Source: Pontimonas sp. (GTDB taxonomy: Bacteria > Actinomycetota > Actinomycetes > Actinomycetales > Microbacteriaceae). From it: a DNA stretch of 64,000 nt. The translations under genes and the position numbers were made by a program. Location of the stretch: positions 50,405 to 114,404 of the forward strand of contig JAOHDU010000001.1 of the NCBI GenBank assembly GCA_028096805.1, given 5' to 3'. Below are positions 1-9,477 of the stretch, in pieces. The notes under the pieces are model-generated. The model saw only the letters and a program-made list of their open reading frames with translations, ran no database searches and was not told the DNA's origin. Each line of letters opens with the position of its first letter. The stretch's first letter is position 1.

Positions 1-855
1 AAAAGGGAGAGTTCGCTCCCGGCCATCGACCTCGTGGTTCCGTTCGTGGAAAAGGACTTGCGCTCTCTGGAACTTGTCCTCCAGCAGGCGCTGCGCAACG
101 TCAGAAATCCGATCAGCCGCATTGTGTTGATCACTCCCCAAAACAGCGAAAACACTGGCCCTCGATTCATCCGGGAAGAATCCCACCAAATCCTTGCGGA
201 CATCATCAGTTCCCACAGCAACATCGTTTTGCGCCATGACCAGGACGTCCTTGGCCCTGAGATTCTCGCTGAGCTGGAAAATCGCTTTGGCAGAGGGGAC
301 CGAAACGCGGGCTGGGTGACCCAACAGTTGATCAAGCTCTCGGCCGCTCTCGCCTCCGAGGCACCCGCTTCCCTGATTCTTGATGCCGACACTTTGTTGT
401 TGTCGAAAAAGACGTGGCTCAACTCGTCTGGGCGCCAATTGTTGCAGTTGGCCAACGAATATCACACGGACTTCATGAAGCACACTCTGAAGCACTTTGG
501 CGTTCCGAAGGAGCTGAAAATGAGTTTTGTGACGCACCACCAACTCATGCAGACAGACGTGGTGCGCCAGATGTTCCCGGAGGGCGGAGCGTCCTTGGTC
601 GCCTGGTGGAAATCCTCCACCGACGCTATCGGGCGTGATCTCGGCGACTACGAGGTGTACGGAGCGTTCTTAGCCCACCACTACCCCGCGCGGGTCGCTC
701 ACGGGTCGTTTGCGAACCTGTTCTCACCGCACCTCACGTCCTTCTTGGCAGACCGAGAGCGCACTGGCTGGTCGCCGGAGAGGCTCATCCCGGGATACTG
801 CTCGGTGTCTTTTCACAGCTGGGCCCAGGTCGACCGGGCAGACCGCGGGGATTAG
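1..855 (+). CDS. DUF6492-like / glycosyltransferase-fold protein, 5'-truncated
   Basis: Frame 1 is open from base 1 (KRESSLPAIDLVVPFVEKD). GWxxQQLIKL, DxD (LDADT) and SFVTHHQL motifs. Confidence 0.6.
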   Translation, partial: KRESSLPAIDLVVPFVEKDLRSLELVLQQALRNVRNPISRIVLITPQNSENTGPRFIREESHQILADIISSHSNIVLRHDQDVLGPEILAELENRFGRGDRNAGWVTQQLIKLSAALASEAPASLILDADTLLLSKKTWLNSSGRQLLQLANEYHTDFMKHTLKHFGVPKELKMSFVTHHQLMQTDVVRQMFPEGGASLVAWWKSSTDAIGRDLGDYEVYGAFLAHHYPARVAHGSFANLFSPHLTSFLADRERTGWSPERLIPGYCSVSFHSWAQVDRADRGD

Positions 856-1487
856 AGCACGAAGGAATAGGCGAAAAGGTAGAGACCAAGCCCGATAAGG
901 GCAATCCCTCCCCCAAGCCTCACTCCGGCTAAACGCTCGGGCGATCGAACAAACCACGAGCGAGCCGTGCCAGCAACGACCGCCCAGACCATGTCGCTGA
1001 CGACCCCGATGACGAAAAACAGCGCGCCCAAGAACAACATCTGTGTCCACGTTGCAGCACCGGAGGGGTCGACAAAGAGGGGCAGTGTCGCAATGAAAAA
1101 CACCAATGTCTTCGCATTTGTGAGCCCGACCACGATGCTGTCTCGCAACACTCGTTGGGAGGCCACTTCGTGGTCGCCTTCGAGTGTTGTGGCAAAACGT
1201 TTGCGCTGCAGGATTCCCTGAACCCCCAGGTAGACCAGAAACCCCGAGCCCACCAGCTTGATGAGCGTGAAAAGAAGCTCGGAAGAGGCGACCAAGACGC
1301 CAACCCCTAAGGCAACTCCAACTATCTGTACCCCCACGCCAAGCGCATTGCCCCAGACACTGACAAGAGCGCCCTTGGTGCCAAGAATCATGGCCCGGCC
1401 GATCACAAACACAACACTGGGGCCCGGAACAACGATGATCACCAGCGAGACGAGCAGAAAGGAGATGATCGCGGGAGTGTCGGGCAC
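852..1487 (-). CDS. LysE/RhtB family amino-acid exporter
   Basis: PGP motif near the N-terminus, GLTNAK motif, about 6 hydrophobic segments. TAAACT -10 lies 6 nt before the GTG. Confidence 0.9.
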   Translation of the reverse strand: MPDTPAIISFLLVSLVIIVVPGPSVVFVIGRAMILGTKGALVSVWGNALGVGVQIVGVALGVGVLVASSELLFTLIKLVGSGFLVYLGVQGILQRKRFATTLEGDHEVASQRVLRDSIVVGLTNAKTLVFFIATLPLFVDPSGAATWTQMLFLGALFFVIGVVSDMVWAVVAGTARSWFVRSPERLAGVRLGGGIALIGLGLYLFAYSFVL

Positions 1488-1550
1488 CGCGTTAGTTTAT
1501 GTGCTCCGGGCCCGCGCCAGGGCCGTGAGCATCTCGTGCCTCGCGGGCAC

Positions 1551-1592
1551 AAAAATAACTGCGGGGAGGGGCAATGCCCCTCCCCACAGTTA
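1551..1592 (-). terminator. Rho-independent terminator of amt
   Basis: Minus strand reads TAACTGTGGGGAGGGGC-ATT-GCCCCTCCCCGCAGTTA followed by TTTTT, just after the amt stop. Confidence 0.85.
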
Positions 1593-1600
1593 CTGATGTT

Positions 1601-2821
1601 CTAGACCCGAGCGTCTTCCTCGAGCTGGTAGCCCTCTTCACCGTGGACCACGGTGTCGATTCCGGCAACCTCGTCTTCACTCGTCACGCGGAAGCCCATG
1701 GTCTTCTCGATCGCAAAACCAAGAACCAAGGCCACCACGAAGGAGTACGCGAGGATTCCGAAGGCGGCAATCGCCTGTACGGTCAGCTGGCCGAAATCGC
1801 CACCGGTGAACAGACCGGTGTCGATCGCAAACAGTCCCAGGTACAGCGTTCCCACCATGCCGGCAACCAAGTGGATGCCAACGACGTCAAGTGAGTCGTC
1901 GTAACCGAGCTTGAATTTGAGGTCAACGGCGAGAGCCGAGATGACTCCGGCAACAACGCCCAGAACCAGGGCCCAACCAGGGGTCAGGTTTGCACACGCT
2001 GGTGTGATGGCAACCAAGCCCGTGACCGCGCCGGAGGCGGCGCCCACTGCCGTGGCTTTTCCGTCTTTCAGCTTCTCAATGATCATCCAGCCGAGGATGG
2101 CTGCCGAGGTGGCGCCCAAAGTGTTGACCACAATAAGTCCAACACCCGGCATTCCTTCGGCGAGGAACTCCGCACCTGCGTTGAAACCAAACCACCCGAA
2201 CCAGAGCAGTGCTGCGCCCAGCAAGACGAGCGGCACGTTGTGAGGCTTGTGAGCGCCTTTTCGGAACACCACTCGGCGCCCGAGCACTAGTGAGAGCGCC
2301 AAAGCCGCAGCACCGGCGTTGATGTGAACCGCAGTACCACCGGCATAGTCAATGACCTCGGGGAAACCGCCGAGCAGGCTGCCCAGCTCCATGGCCCAGC
2401 CGCCGCCCCAGACCCAAGCAGCAACGGGGAAGTACACGACGGTCACCCAGATACCGGCAAAGACCATCCATGAACCAAACTTCGCGCGATCGGCGATGGC
2501 ACCGGAAATTAGGGCGACGGTGATGATCGCAAAGGTGGCGCCGAAGGCCGCACCCAGAAGATCTTCGTTACCCAGGCCAGCAAGCCCAAAACTACCAAAC
2601 GGGTTGCCAGCAAATTGTCCTGGCCCATCGACTGCGGACATGCCGTAACCGAAGAGCACCCACAGAACTCCGACGAGCGCGAGCGCGCCGAAGCTCATCA
2701 TCATCATGCTGATGACGCTCTTGGCCTTAACGAGACCACCGTAAAAAAAGGCAACGCCCGGTGTCATCAACAACACCAAGGCCGTGGCGGTAATTCCCCA
2801 CGCGAGTTGACCGGTATCCAT
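1601..2821 (-). CDS. amt: Ammonium transporter
   Basis: DYAGGTAVHINAG, LLWFGWFGFNAG, DDSLDVVGIH motifs. About 11 TM segments. Confidence 0.97.
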   Translation of the reverse strand: MDTGQLAWGITATALVLLMTPGVAFFYGGLVKAKSVISMMMMSFGALALVGVLWVLFGYGMSAVDGPGQFAGNPFGSFGLAGLGNEDLLGAAFGATFAIITVALISGAIADRAKFGSWMVFAGIWVTVVYFPVAAWVWGGGWAMELGSLLGGFPEVIDYAGGTAVHINAGAAALALSLVLGRRVVFRKGAHKPHNVPLVLLGAALLWFGWFGFNAGAEFLAEGMPGVGLIVVNTLGATSAAILGWMIIEKLKDGKATAVGAASGAVTGLVAITPACANLTPGWALVLGVVAGVISALAVDLKFKLGYDDSLDVVGIHLVAGMVGTLYLGLFAIDTGLFTGGDFGQLTVQAIAAFGILAYSFVVALVLGFAIEKTMGFRVTSEDEVAGIDTVVHGEEGYQLEEDARV

Positions 2822-2892
2822 GTACTTCTCCCTGACTCCTGTTGGTTACACGGCGCAGGCGCGCCGAGACCCCTTCAGTGTGCGGGAGAGGC

Positions 2893-2930
2893 GTTTCTTG
2901 GAGGAGGCACGAATGTTACGAAAACGTGTC
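2893..2930 (-). promoter_or_regulatory. Putative GlnR binding site upstream of amt
   Basis: Minus strand GACAC-N6-GTAAC-N6-GCCTC-N6-GAAAC, matching the 11-bp periodicity of GlnR gTnAc/GaAAc boxes. Confidence 0.6.
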
Positions 2931-2946
2931 AGCCCACCCTGCTGTG

Positions 2947-4311
2947 TTACGACTGTGTGTCGTCAGCGTCCTGGTAGATGTCGGGAACACCGTCGCGGTC
3001 GCGGTCAGCCTGCTCTTCGGCCCGCATTTGGCGGTAGTGCCGGTTTCGACCGAAGAGCACAAGTGCTGCCAGCAGCGCCGCGAGTATCGAACCAAAGAGA
3101 ATCCCAATTTTGGCCTCATCGCCGAGCAGGTTACCCACACCGAAACTGAGCTCCCCGATCAGGAGAGAGACGGTGAAGCCGATACCTGCGAGAAGTGCGA
3201 TGCCCAAGAGATCAATCCACGCCATCCCCTTGGGCATGGAGACACCGGGCACCCGGGTCACCAACCACGTGGCAATAAGAACACCCACGGGTTTGCCGAT
3301 GACCAAGGAGGCGATAATCGCCACCGACACAGGCTGCGTGAGCAGGTACCAGAACGTCTGTTCGCCATTTCCCAGGCTCACACCGGCGGCAAAGAAGGCA
3401 AAAAGAGGCACCGCTATCCCCGCGGAGAGCGGGCGGAACCGGTGCTCGAAGACCTCCGCCAGCCCTTCTTCCTTCGAGTCAGGGCAGGCAATGCGCTCTT
3501 TCTTCGGGCGCAACACGGGCACCGTCATAGCGAGAAGCACACCGGCAATAGTCGCGTGAACTCCCGAGCCGTACATAAAGAACCACGCCACGAGGCCCAG
3601 CGGAACCAGGATCACCCAGGCGGCACCAGGACGAATATGGAACAAATCGGTGTAGCGCTGAGCTACCACTCCGTAGAGCACCACGAAAGCGATGGACAGA
3701 CCCAGGTTCCCCAGCACAACCTCGTCGGTGTAGACCACCGCAATAATCGTGATTCCAATGAGATCGTCCACCACGGCAAGCGTGAGAAGAAAAGTCCTTA
3801 GCGCCAGCGGCAGCCATGACCCAACAAGGGCGAGCACGGCGAGCGCAAACGCGATGTCGGTCGCAATCGGGATGGCCCAGCCGCGTGCCGCATCCGGCTC
3901 ACCCATCGAGTTCACAATGAAGAGGTACAGCCCAGCGGGCACCAGGACGCCCCCGATGGCGGCAACAACCGGCACCAGCGCCTTGCGCGGGTCTCGAAGC
4001 TCACCCGAGACAAACTCGCGCTTGAGCTCAAGCCCCACGAGGAAAAAGAAGATCGCCAGGAGTCCATCCGCGGTGAACTTGCCCACAGAGATCTTCCACG
4101 CGAGTTCACCAAAACCCAGCGTGATGTAGGTTTCGCGCAGTCCAAAGTAATCCTCGCCCAGCGGGGAGTTCGCCAGCACAACGGCAATAAGAGCCGCGCC
4201 GACGATGATGAGCCCGCCAATGGTCTCCTGGCGGAGGATACGTTCAATCCACAGCGCCTCGCGATACTTAGAGTTTGCGAGGGAGCCGGAGGGTGGGCGT
4301 GACTGTGCCAT
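2947..4311 (-). CDS. nhaA: Na+/H+ antiporter NhaA
   Basis: FFFLVGLELKRE, GWAIPIATDIAFAL, LAVVDD, GIGFTVSL motifs. Confidence 0.95.
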   Translation of the reverse strand: MAQSRPPSGSLANSKYREALWIERILRQETIGGLIIVGAALIAVVLANSPLGEDYFGLRETYITLGFGELAWKISVGKFTADGLLAIFFFLVGLELKREFVSGELRDPRKALVPVVAAIGGVLVPAGLYLFIVNSMGEPDAARGWAIPIATDIAFALAVLALVGSWLPLALRTFLLTLAVVDDLIGITIIAVVYTDEVVLGNLGLSIAFVVLYGVVAQRYTDLFHIRPGAAWVILVPLGLVAWFFMYGSGVHATIAGVLLAMTVPVLRPKKERIACPDSKEEGLAEVFEHRFRPLSAGIAVPLFAFFAAGVSLGNGEQTFWYLLTQPVSVAIIASLVIGKPVGVLIATWLVTRVPGVSMPKGMAWIDLLGIALLAGIGFTVSLLIGELSFGVGNLLGDEAKIGILFGSILAALLAALVLFGRNRHYRQMRAEEQADRDRDGVPDIYQDADDTQS

Positions 4312-4341
4312 GGAAAAACCTGTTCTGTCGGTCCCCTTAGT

Positions 4342-5403
4342 CTACGGACCGGACTGTCCCTCATCCTGAACTAGGGCTCGCCGTGTGAGCGAAATCATGC
4401 GCGAGGTTGCCCGCAGGTACTTTTTTCGATAACCGCCAGAGAGCATCGTGGCATCAAAGACTTCATCCAGCGGTATCCCGGTGTTGACGATGCCCACTTG
4501 CGCGTCGTACAGGCGATCCACCAGCGCGACAAGCCGGAGGGCTTCGGCCTGATCGTGCAGTTGCATAACGTCTCGCCAGGCGACGTAGTCAAGGTCTTCC
4601 ACCAAACCGACAAACCTGCTGGGGTGAATGGTCGCCAAGTGGTCAATCACCGCGCGGAAAGAATCTTCCGCAACGGCGCCCGGCAATTCGGAAACTCGGT
4701 GCTCAAAATCGTCGTCGCTGACAACAACGGCGTGGCCTTCGAAGTCACGTTTGCGGTAGTCCTCGCCATCAATCCGAATAGTCTCGAACTTTTCGGCGAG
4801 TGCCGTGATCTCCCGGAGAAAATCTTCGGCAGCAAAACGCCCTTCCCCCAGGGCCGCCGGAGGTGTATTTGAGGTCGCAGCGACCCGGGTTCCTGTCGCG
4901 ACAAGCTCGCCAAGAAGTCGCGACATCACCATCGTGTCGCCGGGGTCATCCAACTCGAACTCATCGATCGCCAGAAATGACGCCCCGCGCAGATGGTCAA
5001 CCGCGCCTCGGTAACCGAGTGCGCCTACGAGAGCGGTGAACTCAATGAAGGTGCCGTAGTAGGTCCTCCCGGGGATCAAATGCCACATCGAGGCGAGGAG
5101 GTGAGTCTTGCCGACTCCGAACCCTCCATCGAGATAAATCCCCGGGCGCGAGGACGAAGCCTTACTTCCGCTTCCCCACAGTTTTTTGGCCTTACCCGCT
5201 GCATTTCCCGAGACAAAAGCCATCGCTTTGCTCCGAGCCTCTTCCTGGCTGGGGTAGCGCGGGTCGGGAACATAGTTGTCCAGCGTCGAGTCACGAAACT
5301 GCTCCGGTGGTACAAAGTGTTGCAGCATTGCCTCCACCGACATCGCGGGATGAATGTCACACAAGCTCACTCGAGAGTGGGCCCGCTCGCGCTGGGGTGA
5401 CAT
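4342..5403 (-). CDS. zapE: Cell division ATPase ZapE (AFG1 family)
   Basis: Walker A GGFGVGKT, IDEFELDDPGD, ATSNT, DRLYD. Start trimmed from the track's 6114 to ATG 5403 (5343 is possible). Confidence 0.9.
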   Translation of the reverse strand: MSPQRERAHSRVSLCDIHPAMSVEAMLQHFVPPEQFRDSTLDNYVPDPRYPSQEEARSKAMAFVSGNAAGKAKKLWGSGSKASSSRPGIYLDGGFGVGKTHLLASMWHLIPGRTYYGTFIEFTALVGALGYRGAVDHLRGASFLAIDEFELDDPGDTMVMSRLLGELVATGTRVAATSNTPPAALGEGRFAAEDFLREITALAEKFETIRIDGEDYRKRDFEGHAVVVSDDDFEHRVSELPGAVAEDSFRAVIDHLATIHPSRFVGLVEDLDYVAWRDVMQLHDQAEALRLVALVDRLYDAQVGIVNTGIPLDEVFDATMLSGGYRKKYLRATSRMISLTRRALVQDEGQSGP

Positions 5404-5508
5404 CAGACTCGCTTCGTCATATTCCCCGGCAGAGTCCAGGGGGTGCTGGCAGAATGGAGCTCCAGCGTAGCGGGGTCCTCCGGGAGCCCGCGTGTCTAAG
5501 GAGAAGCC

Positions 5509-6402
5509 GTGCCCGTCCCCACCGATCCCTCGCAGGAACTCGCCGAATACTCCCACCCGGACCGCCTCGTGAGTGTCCCGTGGCTCGCTGAGAATCTTTC
5601 CACCCCGGGGCTGGTCGTTGTTGAATCCAACGAAGACATCCTGCTCTACGACACGGGGCACATTCCTGGGGCAATAAAGATCGACTGGCACACGGAGCTT
5701 AACGACCCGGTCGTGCGCGACTACGTGGATGGTGACGGTTTTGCGGCCCTCATGAGCGCCAAAGGCATTTCTCGCGACGACACAGTTGTCATATACGGCG
5801 ACAAGAGCAACTGGTGGGCCAGTTACGCCTTCTGGGTTTTCACCCTCTTTGGGCACCCGGACGTTCGCCTCCTGAACGGCGGCAGGGATGCTTGGATTGG
5901 CTCTGGCGGCGAACTCACACGTGAGGTTCCGGAAATCTCCCCCAGCAGCTATCCGGTGATTGCTCGCAACGATGGCGATATCCGCGCCTTCAAAGAGGAC
6001 GTTCTGGGCCACCTGGGTAAACCCCTCATCGACGTCAGGAGCCCGGAGGAGTACAGCGGGGAGAGAACCCACATGCCGGCCTACCCAGAGGAGGGAGCAC
6101 TGCGCGGCGGACACATCCCGACCGCGCGCAGCATCCCTTGGGCGCGCGCTGCGCAGGAGGACGGCACCTTCAAGTCAGCGAGCGAGTTGCGCGAGCTTTA
6201 CGTCAACGAGCAGGGCTTTGACCCTGAGGCCGAGGTCATCACGTACTGCCGGATCGGCGAGCGCTCCAGCCACACCTGGTTTGTGATGAAATACCTGCTC
6301 GGATTCGACTCTGTGAAAAACTACGACGGCTCCTGGACCGAATGGGGCTCTGCGGTGAAGGTTCCCATTCAGACGGGCACCGAGCCTGGTGAGGCTCCCT
6401 AA
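5509..6402 (+). CDS. sseA: Tandem-domain rhodanese/sulfurtransferase (SseA/CysA-like)
   Basis: GHIPGA, active-site [26 protein letters not shown]. Confidence 0.92.
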   Translation: MPVPTDPSQELAEYSHPDRLVSVPWLAENLSTPGLVVVESNEDILLYDTGHIPGAIKIDWHTELNDPVVRDYVDGDGFAALMSAKGISRDDTVVIYGDKSNWWASYAFWVFTLFGHPDVRLLNGGRDAWIGSGGELTREVPEISPSSYPVIARNDGDIRAFKEDVLGHLGKPLIDVRSPEEYSGERTHMPAYPEEGALRGGHIPTARSIPWARAAQEDGTFKSASELRELYVNEQGFDPEAEVITYCRIGERSSHTWFVMKYLLGFDSVKNYDGSWTEWGSAVKVPIQTGTEPGEAP

Positions 6403-6403
6403 C

Positions 6404-6826
6404 GTGTCTGCAACTTCAACGTTGGAGTCCATCCGAGAAGATTTTCTTGCTCTGGAAGTTCCGGACCGTTTGCAATTGCTTCTTGAGTTCTCAGATTCCC
6501 TCCCTGAGGTTCCCGAGGGCGCAGTCCCCGAGGATCACTGGGAGCGTGTCGAAGAGTGCCAATCCCCCGTGTTCATTTCTGTGGTCCGGGACAGCGATGA
6601 CATTGTCGTGAGGGCCACCGCACCCGCCGAAGCACCCACCACACGCGGCTTTGCCTCGATCCTCGTCCATGGTTTGAGGGGCCTGAGCGCTCAACAGATT
6701 CTTGATGTGCCAGCAGATTTCCCCCTGAGCTTGGGCCTCCAAAACGCCGTCAGCATGCTGCGGTTGCGGGGAATGTCGGGAATGTTGTGGCGGATCAAGC
6801 GCCACGTTGAAGACCTCGTGGCGTGA
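6404..6826 (+). CDS. SufE family sulfur-acceptor protein
   Basis: ECQSPVF and EAPTTRGFA motifs, directly downstream of the rhodanese. Start uncertain (6389 or 6404). Confidence 0.88.
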   Translation: MSATSTLESIREDFLALEVPDRLQLLLEFSDSLPEVPEGAVPEDHWERVEECQSPVFISVVRDSDDIVVRATAPAEAPTTRGFASILVHGLRGLSAQQILDVPADFPLSLGLQNAVSMLRLRGMSGMLWRIKRHVEDLVA

Positions 6827-7566
6827 GCCTTCACCGGCTTGCTCCCGGGCCCGCGCTCGAGTTTGATCTCGGTACAGAAAGCGCAAAGGCGTCTCTTTCA
6901 GGCCTCCTCACACCCCCGAACGATGTGTGGATGCGCGCCATCATGGTGGCCACCGCTGCAGGAGACACGATCGATTCCCGCGGGAGCAGTGAGGGCCTCA
7001 CGCAGGGTGACGACCGAACGCTCCTGCACTTGCACCGCGAGGTGAGCGACGCCATTGTGTTGGGGCGACGAACTCTCGATCGCGAACGCATTCCCATCCC
7101 CCGGCGCACCCCGCTGGTCCTCCTCTCGGTATCGGGTCAGGTCGCAGCAGACAATCTCGTTGGGGCGGAAGAATCAGAGCACCCCCTGGTGGTCGTCACG
7201 AGCGCCGGCGGCCAGGAGCACGTGCACCGCCAGCTGGCCAAGGTCCCTCACCGCGTTGTGGTTATCGACCCGCAGACCGACGCTGCTGCGTTGGCGAACA
7301 TCATTCGCACCGAGGTTGAGGGCGGACGACTGCTGATTGAAGGTGGGGAGCACACCTGGCGAATGTTCGCCAATCACTGTGATGACCTGTGGCTTGCGGT
7401 GACGCCACCGCCCACGAGCGCCCGGGCGGGCCTTCCGCCATGGTGGCCCGCAGATAACCTCCCCCGCACAGACGCTGCGGTGTACACGGATGACGCGCGA
7501 ATGCTCTACTACCATCACCGGCTACACCGCGGCGCGCCCCCGGAAGATGGGGCGCCTGGCCTCTAG
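6823..7566 (+). CDS. RibD C-terminal / dihydrofolate reductase-fold protein
   Basis: DAIVLG and LLIEGG motifs. Divergent sequence. Confidence 0.7.
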   Translation: MSLHRLAPGPALEFDLGTESAKASLSGLLTPPNDVWMRAIMVATAAGDTIDSRGSSEGLTQGDDRTLLHLHREVSDAIVLGRRTLDRERIPIPRRTPLVLLSVSGQVAADNLVGAEESEHPLVVVTSAGGQEHVHRQLAKVPHRVVVIDPQTDAAALANIIRTEVEGGRLLIEGGEHTWRMFANHCDDLWLAVTPPPTSARAGLPPWWPADNLPRTDAAVYTDDARMLYYHHRLHRGAPPEDGAPGL

Positions 7567-7575
7567 TCTTAAAAG

Positions 7576-8157
7576 GTGAGTGCGACCGCAAACCCGATCG
7601 AGTTCTCTGACGCTCTCCAGAGCGCAGAGTCGGCAACATTCCGGCCCGAATTGCGGGTGTTTGAGACGGCAGCGCCCGAGGGTCTCGCGCCGTACCAGCG
7701 GGCCTGGGCCGCCGATGTCGAACCGAGTGCCGCCACCGATGACCATGAATATGGAACCGGGAGGCTTGTTTTCCTCTGTGACCCCACCGCCCCCGAGGCG
7801 TGGAGTTCGGTCTATCGCATGGTGGTGTTTGCCCAAGCGCCGATAGACCAAGACATGGGGGCAGACCAATTCCTGCCCGATGTTGCCTGGTCCTGGCTCA
7901 TGGACGCGCTCGACCACCGCCAGGCCGAGTACCGTCGGCCCGCTGGCACCACAACGACTGTTCTCTCGACAGGCTTCGGAGATCTGGCGTCCGAAGGCTC
8001 CGGCGCGCAGGTGGAGGTGCGGGCATCGTGGAGCCCCACCTCCGCGCAGTTAGCTCCGCACCTTGAAGCATGGAGCGAATTTGTCTGCATGCTCGCAGGC
8101 TTCCCTCCAACACCGGATGGCGTGTCCCCGCTGCCGCCGAGCCGCCCTTCGGCATGA
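7576..8157 (+). CDS. DUF3000 family protein
   Basis: GTGRLVFL, VAWSWL, EVRASWSP. Usual position upstream of rnd. Confidence 0.85.
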   Translation: MSATANPIEFSDALQSAESATFRPELRVFETAAPEGLAPYQRAWAADVEPSAATDDHEYGTGRLVFLCDPTAPEAWSSVYRMVVFAQAPIDQDMGADQFLPDVAWSWLMDALDHRQAEYRRPAGTTTTVLSTGFGDLASEGSGAQVEVRASWSPTSAQLAPHLEAWSEFVCMLAGFPPTPDGVSPLPPSRPSA

Positions 8158-9377
8158 CGGACGAGATCGAAGCTGCGCCCACCCGTGAGCCACTCCCCGC
8201 GGCGCGTCTGGCAGAACCGATTGTCCTGGTGGAGACGCCCGAGGATTGGGCTATCGCGCTGGAGCGCCTCATCACAGGGGAAGGCCCACTCGCCGTCGAT
8301 GCCGAACGAGCGAGCGGATTTCGGTACTCCCAGCGCGCCTACCTGGTCCAGCTCTACCGCCGCGGAGGCCCCAACTACCTTGTGGACCCGATCGCGGTCG
8401 GTGACCTGTCCCGCTTGAGCGACACACTGGGTCATGAGGAATGGATCATTCACGCCGCGCACCAGGACTTGCCCTGTCTTCGAGAGGTGGGAATCGAACC
8501 CACAGTGATCTTTGACACCGAATTGGCCGGTCGACTGGCTGGCTTACCGCGCGTAGGACTCCAAGGTGCCGTTGAGGACCTGATGGGGATGACTCTGGCT
8601 AAGGAACATTCCGCTGCCGATTGGTCCACCAGGCCCATCCCGGACTCATGGCTCACCTACGCAGCACTCGACGTTGAACTGTTGCCCGATCTTCGCGACA
8701 TTCTCGGCGACATCCTCGTGGAACGGGGGCTCTCCGCCATCGCCCGGGAGGAATTTGAGGCGGCACTCTCTGCCCCATCACCCCCACCTCGGGAGGAACC
8801 CTGGCGCAGGCTGTCCGGGCTCCACCAGGTTCGAGGGCCTCGTCAGCTTGCCATCGCGCGATCGCTCTGGCAGGCCCGGGATGCCTACGCTCGGAAGATT
8901 GACCGAGCGCCAGGTCGACTGGTGCCCGATCGCTCACTCGTCGCCGCCGTTCTTGCGCAGCCCAAATCCGCCAAAGAACTCGCCTCTCTCAAGGCCTTCC
9001 ACGGCCGGGCTTCGCGGAGCGAATTGCCCCGCTGGTGGGCCGCGATCGAGGAAGGGAATGCGACAGACGATTTGCCCCAAGCGAGGGTGAACTCTGGCGG
9101 GCTACCTCCGCCGCGCGTCTGGGCGGAAAAAAACCCGGAGGCAGCCGCTCGCCTCACTGCGGCTAAAGCGGCCATGGACGGGCTTTCCAAGGACACGGGA
9201 ATCCCCCTCGAGAATTTGTTGACCCCTGAGCATCTGCGGCGCGTGTGTTGGGAACCGCCCCGCCCCGTCACGACAGAAACGCTCTCTCGCGATCTTGCGA
9301 ACCGCGGGGCTCGAGAGTGGCAACAAGTCAAAGTCGTACCCCTGCTCCTCGACGCTTTTGTTGCGATCGACCAATAG
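8154..9377 (+). CDS. rnd: Ribonuclease D (3'-5' exonuclease + HRDC)
   Basis: AVDAERASG, FDTELAGRL, DWSTRP, YAALDVE. ATGA overlap with the upstream gene. Confidence 0.92.
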   Translation: MTDEIEAAPTREPLPAARLAEPIVLVETPEDWAIALERLITGEGPLAVDAERASGFRYSQRAYLVQLYRRGGPNYLVDPIAVGDLSRLSDTLGHEEWIIHAAHQDLPCLREVGIEPTVIFDTELAGRLAGLPRVGLQGAVEDLMGMTLAKEHSAADWSTRPIPDSWLTYAALDVELLPDLRDILGDILVERGLSAIAREEFEAALSAPSPPPREEPWRRLSGLHQVRGPRQLAIARSLWQARDAYARKIDRAPGRLVPDRSLVAAVLAQPKSAKELASLKAFHGRASRSELPRWWAAIEEGNATDDLPQARVNSGGLPPPRVWAEKNPEAAARLTAAKAAMDGLSKDTGIPLENLLTPEHLRRVCWEPPRPVTTETLSRDLANRGAREWQQVKVVPLLLDAFVAIDQ

Positions 9378-9477
9378 GAGAGACCCGCACCACGATTGCT
9401 TTGTGCCAGCAATCATCGACGTGCATCACCAGCACTTTTTTCCCTAGCATGGACGTGTCCCCGGAGAAGAGGAAAGC

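Noticed and set aside
5404-6114. Long N-terminal extension of ZapE in the ORF track (590 aa)
   Set aside because: Antisense to the rhodanese gene. A stop-free shadow frame typical of high-GC DNA.
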